Origin: Candidatus Aminicenantales bacterium | GTDB lineage: Bacteria; Acidobacteriota; Aminicenantia; Aminicenantales; UBA4085 | Assembly: GCA_049515535.1 (NCBI GenBank) | Contig: JBEKTZ010000015.1 | Span: 1 to 64,000 of the forward strand | DNA length: 64,000 nt | Reading direction: 5' to 3' | Shown here: one piece after another, positions 58,251 through 64,000 of the stretch | Position numbering within the stretch: position 1 is the stretch's first letter | Layout of the letters: every line of letters begins with the position of its first letter | Position numbers and translations under genes: made by a program | Notes under the pieces: model-generated | What the model was told of the DNA's origin: nothing | The model's database searches: none | The model's input: only the letters and a program-made list of their open reading frames with translations

Positions 58251-59150
58251 TTAAAAATGGATCTTGGCTCTTTTAAAGATCTTTGTGCCGTCCGCCCCGT
58301 TCGTCAAGGCCAGATTGAGCATGTAATCGCCGGACTTCAAGGCCAGGGGAACCTCGATGACGATATCGTCGAGAATGATCTGTTCGAGGCGCTCTTCCGT
58401 CAGGGAGAGCGGCCAGTCCTGATGGTGATCCCAGACCTTTGCCCCCGCGGCATCCAGGGCTTCAAGCGAGACGGCGAGCGTTGTTTTGAGCTTTTTATCT
58501 TCCGAGGTCATCCAGATCGTTCGATAGGGAATCAGGATCCGGACCGTCGCCTGCCCGCCTTTCGGCCCTTTCACGTCCAAAGAACAGTCCAGCGTTCTTT
58601 CTTCTGATTGGATCGTGGGCTTCCATTCCATCTGGGCCCGCATGATCACCGTGAGTTGGGCGGCGCTGTCGGGATCCAGTCTGTATTTGCCGTTCCAATA
58701 ATCGTCGATGAAGACGATCTGGAAGAAGCCGTAATACCAGTACTCCGTGGGCAGCCCATAGAACGTGACGCCGCGGGGATACGCCAGACGCTCGCTCGGA
58801 GGCCCGAGGAGGATATAGATCCTTCCCCGGTCCTGGAGCCATCCCGGCTCTCCGCCTTCGGTGAAAAGATGGTTGGCTTCCTCGATGCGTTGGAAGTACT
58901 GGTCTTTGAACTCGTTCTCTTCCGTGTCGGGATCGGGGTCCCGCTTTTTCCAGAATTCAACGATGAACTTCGGCCGCTCGGCGGCCGGCAGGTTGACGAA
59001 CGATTTCCGCTCCGCGCCGGTGATAATATAGCGGACCTTCGAAAGGAATTCTTTGCTATCCGGGTCCAGGGTCTTGGCCAGACGATATGTCGCGCAGCCC
59101 ATGAGCGTCAGGACGCTCACGGCAAGGAGGGCCGGCGCGAGTTTTTTCAT
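58251..59150 (-). CDS. GWxTD domain lipoprotein
   Basis: Lipobox LMGC; FWKKRDP.P.T..NEF; GWLQDRGRIYILLG. Confidence 0.88.
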   Translation of the reverse strand: MKKLAPALLAVSVLTLMGCATYRLAKTLDPDSKEFLSKVRYIITGAERKSFVNLPAAERPKFIVEFWKKRDPDPDTEENEFKDQYFQRIEEANHLFTEGGEPGWLQDRGRIYILLGPPSERLAYPRGVTFYGLPTEYWYYGFFQIVFIDDYWNGKYRLDPDSAAQLTVIMRAQMEWKPTIQSEERTLDCSLDVKGPKGGQATVRILIPYRTIWMTSEDKKLKTTLAVSLEALDAAGAKVWDHHQDWPLSLTEERLEQIILDDIVIEVPLALKSGDYMLNLALTNGADGTKIFKRAKIHF

Positions 59151-61213
59151 TTCTTTTCCTTCAGAGATTTGACGAGAGCCTTGATGTTCTCCTGGTTGGG
59201 GTTCAGCTGGAGCGATCGCTCATAGGCGACAAGCGCTTCGGCCGTGTTCCCGATCTTGACATAGCATTCTCCGATCGCGTTCAAGACCAAGAGGTTTGTC
59301 CCGAAACGGGCCAGGTCGTCCTTGAAATAGGCGATCGCCTCGGCGTACTCTCCCAGGGCCTGGGAGGTCTCTCCCATGATCTGCAGGAAGTCGAACTTTC
59401 GGTCGTCGTTCATGAACGGAAGCGCGGCCTTCTTGACCTCCGTGTATTCCTTGGCGGCGAACAGGACCCGGCAGAAATCCAGAGCGAATGTCTTCGAGTT
59501 AGGATCGCGCCGGTAGGCCGACTCGAGCAACGCGCGGGCTTTAGCCGGCTCATTCCTGTTGAGATACTGGATGCCGAGGACGGCATCGAACGAAGGGTCA
59601 TTGGAAGCCGGCAAGGGGCGGGACAGGACCCACGGCCGCGCGATGGCGGCGGCGGGGGTGATGTCGAACATGATCTGAGTCGAGAGCTTTTCGGCTTTCT
59701 CGCCGTTCAGGACGGCGATTTTGATCTGATAGTAGGCGGGCAAATAGCCGGCCAGGGGGAATTCCTCGAAGAAGTCGGACTGGCCGGGATATTCGGCGAG
59801 GCTCCGCGTCAAGGAGTGGACTTTGACGCCTTCCTTGAGAATCGTATATTCCACGGCGCCGCGGGATTTGATGTCCGCCGGAAGCCCGTGCAGCTGGAAA
59901 AAGACGGAAAGCGTGTCGGAGGGCAAAAAGATGTTGCGCGCGGACGGGACCAGTTGGATGTTGCCCAGAAGGAACGACTTGTTCGATCCCCTATATTTGG
60001 AGTTCCTGTCCGCGCGGAAGGCGAGGACGGGGGCGCTCATCGAAAACGCGCCAGGGTCCGGGATCAGAAGATCAGCTTCGACGGACGTGAATTCCCGGGA
60101 CATCGTGTTTTTCCACAGGATATTGATTTTGTACTGGCCGGGAATGAGAGGAAAGAGGTCCTGGTAGCTGAAAAGCTTCGCCTGGATGTTCTTGATGGTG
60201 TCGACGTCGAAATCGAGCGGCTCTGTCCGTTCGAATTGATAGACGGTGTTCCCCTTCAAATCGGAGATCTTGCCGTTCACCTGGATTTCCGCGCGAAACC
60301 GATCCTGGACCTGATAGAACGTCAATTTTTTCGGCTCGATGAGATAGTGGACGAAAGACAGACCGGCCGCGTCCTGATAGACCTTGATCAGGGGGTCGGA
60401 GTCGATGTAATTGGAGGTGTATTCGACTTCGATGACGTCCTTATAGCGGAGAAGCTTTTCGGCATAGTCGTCCTTGACTTTGACGAAAGGTGCCGAGGGG
60501 ATTTTTTGGGAAAGGAGGATATCGGACATCATCGAGGGATTGGCCGAGGTATCCGCTTCGCCCGGGATGAGCGATAAGGAGATGCCCGCAATCGTGGGTT
60601 CGAGTTTATAGAGCTCCTGATAAGCCTGTGTCGGTTCGGTCATGTCTCCCATGTAATACATCATGAGCTGCTGCGGGCCGTTCCGGAGCGGGGAGTAAAG
60701 TTCATAAACACCGCCCGCCCCATCCTTTTTGAAAAAAACGACATTAAAAGCATTGGGCAGGCCGTATTCCGCCATCCCGTCGTAGAACCAGATGACGACC
60801 GGATTGATCGTTTCCTCGTTCTCGAACTTCAGGATGTGCTTGGATTCTCCCAGAAGGATATAGATCCGGCCTTGGTCCGTTCTCCAGCCCTGGATGGGCC
60901 CCCCTTTTCCAAACCATTGGTTGGCGTAGGCGATTCTGCGGTAGTGCTCCGTCTTGAATTCGTTCTCCGGGGTGTTGGGCGTCGGGTCCCGTTGTTTCCA
61001 GAAGGCCTCGACGAAAATGTCCCGTTCCCTGTCCGTTTCGAGCTGGAGATAGACATCCTTTTCTTTCGGGGTAATGATGTAGACGACTTCCTCCTCCAGC
61101 CATTTCCGGTAATAGAGAGGAAGATCTTTGGGCGATTTCTTTTTCTGAGCGGGAAGGAAGGGACTGAGGCAAAGCAGACAGATGATGATAAAAAGTATGG
61201 TTCGTTTATTCAC
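59147..61213 (-). CDS. GWxTD domain protein with C-terminal TPRs
   Basis: WL.EEV.YII, FWKQRDPTP.T.ENEF, GWRTDQGRIYI; GTG start followed by a signal peptide. Confidence 0.88.
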   Translation of the reverse strand: MNKRTILFIIICLLCLSPFLPAQKKKSPKDLPLYYRKWLEEEVVYIITPKEKDVYLQLETDRERDIFVEAFWKQRDPTPNTPENEFKTEHYRRIAYANQWFGKGGPIQGWRTDQGRIYILLGESKHILKFENEETINPVVIWFYDGMAEYGLPNAFNVVFFKKDGAGGVYELYSPLRNGPQQLMMYYMGDMTEPTQAYQELYKLEPTIAGISLSLIPGEADTSANPSMMSDILLSQKIPSAPFVKVKDDYAEKLLRYKDVIEVEYTSNYIDSDPLIKVYQDAAGLSFVHYLIEPKKLTFYQVQDRFRAEIQVNGKISDLKGNTVYQFERTEPLDFDVDTIKNIQAKLFSYQDLFPLIPGQYKINILWKNTMSREFTSVEADLLIPDPGAFSMSAPVLAFRADRNSKYRGSNKSFLLGNIQLVPSARNIFLPSDTLSVFFQLHGLPADIKSRGAVEYTILKEGVKVHSLTRSLAEYPGQSDFFEEFPLAGYLPAYYQIKIAVLNGEKAEKLSTQIMFDITPAAAIARPWVLSRPLPASNDPSFDAVLGIQYLNRNEPAKARALLESAYRRDPNSKTFALDFCRVLFAAKEYTEVKKAALPFMNDDRKFDFLQIMGETSQALGEYAEAIAYFKDDLARFGTNLLVLNAIGECYVKIGNTAEALVAYERSLQLNPNQENIKALVKSLKEKK

Positions 61214-61286
61214 GCCTACATTATAGCGCACTCTCCGTAGGACCTTCAAGTTCAAGCGTGGTCCCGGGGAGGAAGCTTGAGGCGGA

Positions 61287-62582
61287 TTAAAACAACGACA
61301 ATTGCCCGGCGCCGGATTCGCTCTTCTCCTCTTCCCGATCGAAGAGGCGGATGATCCCATATTCGCCGTCGTGGCCGGGGACGATTTTGACCAGGCCTTT
61401 GCGCATCCGGTCGATGCCCAGGCTTATCTTTTCCGGCTGCATCCGGCTCAGCTCGCCGATGGGGATCTCGGTCAGGATCCTGTGTTCGTCGCCGAACTCG
61501 CGGATGAAGCGGAAATAAGCGTCCCGGACGCTCTGGCATTCCGGCGTCTTGCCGCAGGCCTCGGCGATGACCTCGTTCAGGGGGATGAGATTCCGATAGG
61601 GAACGCGCAGCCCGGAGTCCCGGACCTCCTCGCGATCCGCGAGTTCTTCCACGCGGTGAGCGACGCCGATGGTGAGTTTCTTGCCGCAAGACGGGCAGAG
61701 GTCGTGGCGGGCGATCGATTCTTTGGGAGAAGAGAGGATCCGGCATTTGCGGTGGCCGTCGTAATGGTATTTCCCTTCCTCGGGAAAAAATTCGATGGTC
61801 GAAAGAAATTTGGCCGGGTCCTTGCTTTTGATGGCGTCCACGAGTCCCTTGTAGCTGAATTCCGTGTCGAAGGCGTTGGCTTCGCGGCCGATCTTGGACG
61901 GAGAATGCGCGTCCGAGTTGGAGACCAGAGCGAACCGGTCGAGCGCCGAAAGGCGCCAGTTCATCGGCGGGTCCGACGACAGGCCGGTTTCCAGGGCGAA
62001 GATGAACGGGGTCATTTCTTCGAAGCATTCCTCGATGGCATCGAAGCCCGAGTTGGCCCCGAAAAGGGAGAACCAAGGCGTCCAGATGTGGGCCGGGATG
62101 ATGACGCACTTCGGGCAGCTGTCGGCCGCCATCTTCACGAAATTCTTGGCGTCCATGCCCAGGATGGGACGGCCGTCCGAACGCAGGTTTCCGATCCCGG
62201 CCAGCCGGCCGTTGAGCTTTTCGACGGATTCAAAATCGGGCGCCAGGATCAGGAGATGGATTTTCCGGACCTTTCCCTTTTTGGAATAGATGAAGCTGAT
62301 CTCCGTGGAGAGGATGAAGGCCATGTCCCCGGGAGCGAAGGGCACGGATTTCAGATATTCGTCGTCCGGTTTCGGGGGGCTTTTCAAACGGAAAAAGCCG
62401 TTGCCGGCCGGCTCGAGCTTCTCCTTGATCAGAAAGAGCCATTCGGGATGCGTGAAATCGGCCGTCGCCAGGACGGAGATGCCTTTGATTTTCGCCCACA
62501 AAGCCATGGTCTCGAGGGTCATGTCCCGGGAGGTGGCGCGCGAGAACTTCGAGTGGAGGTGGAGGTCGGCGACGAACTTCAT
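61287..62582 (-). CDS. Endonuclease Q family (PHP-like) protein
   Basis: ADLHLHSKFS, PAHIWTPW, SNSDAHS, GKYH.DGHRKC, CPSCG....GV..RV.EL. Confidence 0.88.
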   Translation of the reverse strand: MKFVADLHLHSKFSRATSRDMTLETMALWAKIKGISVLATADFTHPEWLFLIKEKLEPAGNGFFRLKSPPKPDDEYLKSVPFAPGDMAFILSTEISFIYSKKGKVRKIHLLILAPDFESVEKLNGRLAGIGNLRSDGRPILGMDAKNFVKMAADSCPKCVIIPAHIWTPWFSLFGANSGFDAIEECFEEMTPFIFALETGLSSDPPMNWRLSALDRFALVSNSDAHSPSKIGREANAFDTEFSYKGLVDAIKSKDPAKFLSTIEFFPEEGKYHYDGHRKCRILSSPKESIARHDLCPSCGKKLTIGVAHRVEELADREEVRDSGLRVPYRNLIPLNEVIAEACGKTPECQSVRDAYFRFIREFGDEHRILTEIPIGELSRMQPEKISLGIDRMRKGLVKIVPGHDGEYGIIRLFDREEEKSESGAGQLSLF

Positions 62583-62754
62583 GATCGAAGAATGAGTTTA
62601 GAGAAATCGGAAGACAATTGCAAGGAACGAAAGGGCTTTTTTTTTGGCGCCGCCGATGATACAATAAAATTTCCCCGCCGCTGCGGACGACCGGAGAGCG
62701 GAGGGTCGAGCGTTGACATGCCGTAGGCATGGAGTTTTTTCGAGGAGGCATGCG

Positions 62755-63672
62755 ATGAGAAAAGCCGTCTTGATTCTCGCGGGTATCATCATCATCGGCG
62801 GATGCCTGGCCGCCCAGGATTGGAAGGGGAAAGGCAGATTGGGCGGCGTCGTCTTGGACCAGGACGGCAAGCCGATCCAGGGTGTCACCGTGAAACTGAC
62901 CTGGTCGACCTCCGAGACCGGATTCGAAACCATGACGGACCAAGATGGGAAATGGACCGGCGCCTGGCTCCATGGGGGCGCATGGAATCTCAATTTCGAG
63001 AAAATCGGCTTTTCGACCGTCATGAAAACCGTGACCGTCACGGAGTGGACCCGGACGCCCGAGCTCAAATTGACGATGCAAAAGGCCCAGGGGGCGGCCC
63101 TCACCGGCGACTTGATAGCTTTCCTGGAAAAGGCCAACGAGCTCTTCGATCAGAAGAATTATCCCGGCGCCATCGACGCCTACACCGCGATTCTGGCGAA
63201 ATTCCCGGACGCCTACGTCATTTGGAAGAATATCGGCAACTGTTACTTCAACCAGGAGCTTTATGACAAGGCCGAAGAGGCTTATCAAAAGATTCTGGCC
63301 AAGAACCCTATCGACAGCGACGTCATGCTTCTCATCGGCAACTGTTATTTCAATCGCAACCAGACGGATAAGGCCCTGGAATGGTACGGGAAGATCCAAT
63401 TCGAAAAGATCACGGATGCGACCGTCCTCTACAACATCGGCCTGAATTTCTTCAAATCCTCGAAATACGAAGAGGCCTTGAAATATTTCCTAAAGTCGTT
63501 CGAGGTCCAGAAAGACTTTGAGGACGGACTTTATCAGGCGGGCGTGACCTATATCAGCCTGCAGAAGAACGCGGAGGCTGTCGCCGCGTTCGAAAAGTTC
63601 ATGAAGACGTTCCCGAATTCGGAGAAGGCGCCTCAGGTCCAGGGATTTCTGGATTACTTGAAAAAGAAATGA
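62755..63672 (+). CDS. Exported carboxypeptidase-regulatory-like domain plus TPR protein (paralog of 57224-58195)
   Basis: GRLGGVVLD..GKPI.G; TPR repeats; GAGGAGG RBS. Confidence 0.85.
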   Translation: MRKAVLILAGIIIIGGCLAAQDWKGKGRLGGVVLDQDGKPIQGVTVKLTWSTSETGFETMTDQDGKWTGAWLHGGAWNLNFEKIGFSTVMKTVTVTEWTRTPELKLTMQKAQGAALTGDLIAFLEKANELFDQKNYPGAIDAYTAILAKFPDAYVIWKNIGNCYFNQELYDKAEEAYQKILAKNPIDSDVMLLIGNCYFNRNQTDKALEWYGKIQFEKITDATVLYNIGLNFFKSSKYEEALKYFLKSFEVQKDFEDGLYQAGVTYISLQKNAEAVAAFEKFMKTFPNSEKAPQVQGFLDYLKKK

Positions 63673-63737
63673 ACGACCGCGTCCTCGGCTTCAAGCGCCG
63701 GGGGGGCCGGCTCGCCGTTCTCCATCGCGAGGACATA

Positions 63738-64000
63738 ATGAATAAGACGTCATTTCTTTTCGTCGCCGCGGCCGTCGTTCTTCTCGCCGCCTGCGAGCCG
63801 CGGGTCAATCCGCAGCTCGATCCGGAAAGCCGCGATTTTTACGAGACGTCCCGCCTGGTCATGACCGACGCCGAGCGGGACATTTTCAACCATCTTCCGA
63901 ACATCGATTCCCGACGGGAATTCATCAAGGATTTCTGGGAGAAAAGGGATCCCGACCCAACGACCGAGGTCAATGAGTTCAAGGAAGAATTCGAGAATCG
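63738..64000 (+). CDS. GWxTD-type lipoprotein, truncated by the window end
   Basis: My translation: MNKTSFLFVAAAVVLLAAC...LDPESRDF...FWEKRDPDPTTEVNEFKEEF; not in the ORF track. Confidence 0.82.
   Translation, partial: MNKTSFLFVAAAVVLLAACEPRVNPQLDPESRDFYETSRLVMTDAERDIFNHLPNIDSRREFIKDFWEKRDPDPTTEVNEFKEEFEN

Overview
Bacterial chromosome segment from a diderm. The expanded GWxTD/TPR proteins, Oar-like TonB receptor and fused LptF/G suggest Acidobacteriota or Ca. Aminicenantes; this is inference. Core genes: tRNA-Val(CAC), lptB, lipA, rpsU, pgeF, purC, cvpA, groES-groEL with CIRCE, lptF/G and an endonuclease Q-type protein. Accessory blocks: (i) a GC-rich Ser/Thr kinase-TPR gene beyond the tRNA 3' end; (ii) a 15.7-kb hybrid ABC/RND export operon with an RND-ABC ATPase fusion; (iii) a TonB receptor/ECF sigma/anti-sigma locus followed by three GT-C-type membrane glycosyltransferases; (iv) a repeat-bounded insertion carrying an IS91-like remnant and a three-gene operon (exported protein with an [S/T]C-repeat tail plus two paralogous membrane proteins with exosortase-like and GATase-like/DUF4350 domains); (v) a sigma54-associated TonB receptor/GWxTD/TPR/sulfatase-like cluster. 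A 170-200 bp, multi-hairpin, TTGA-flanked repeat occurs three times, always between divergent genes. The best candidates for undescribed systems are the Cys-rich operon and this structured repeat. All family calls are motif recognition by eye; no database searches were run.
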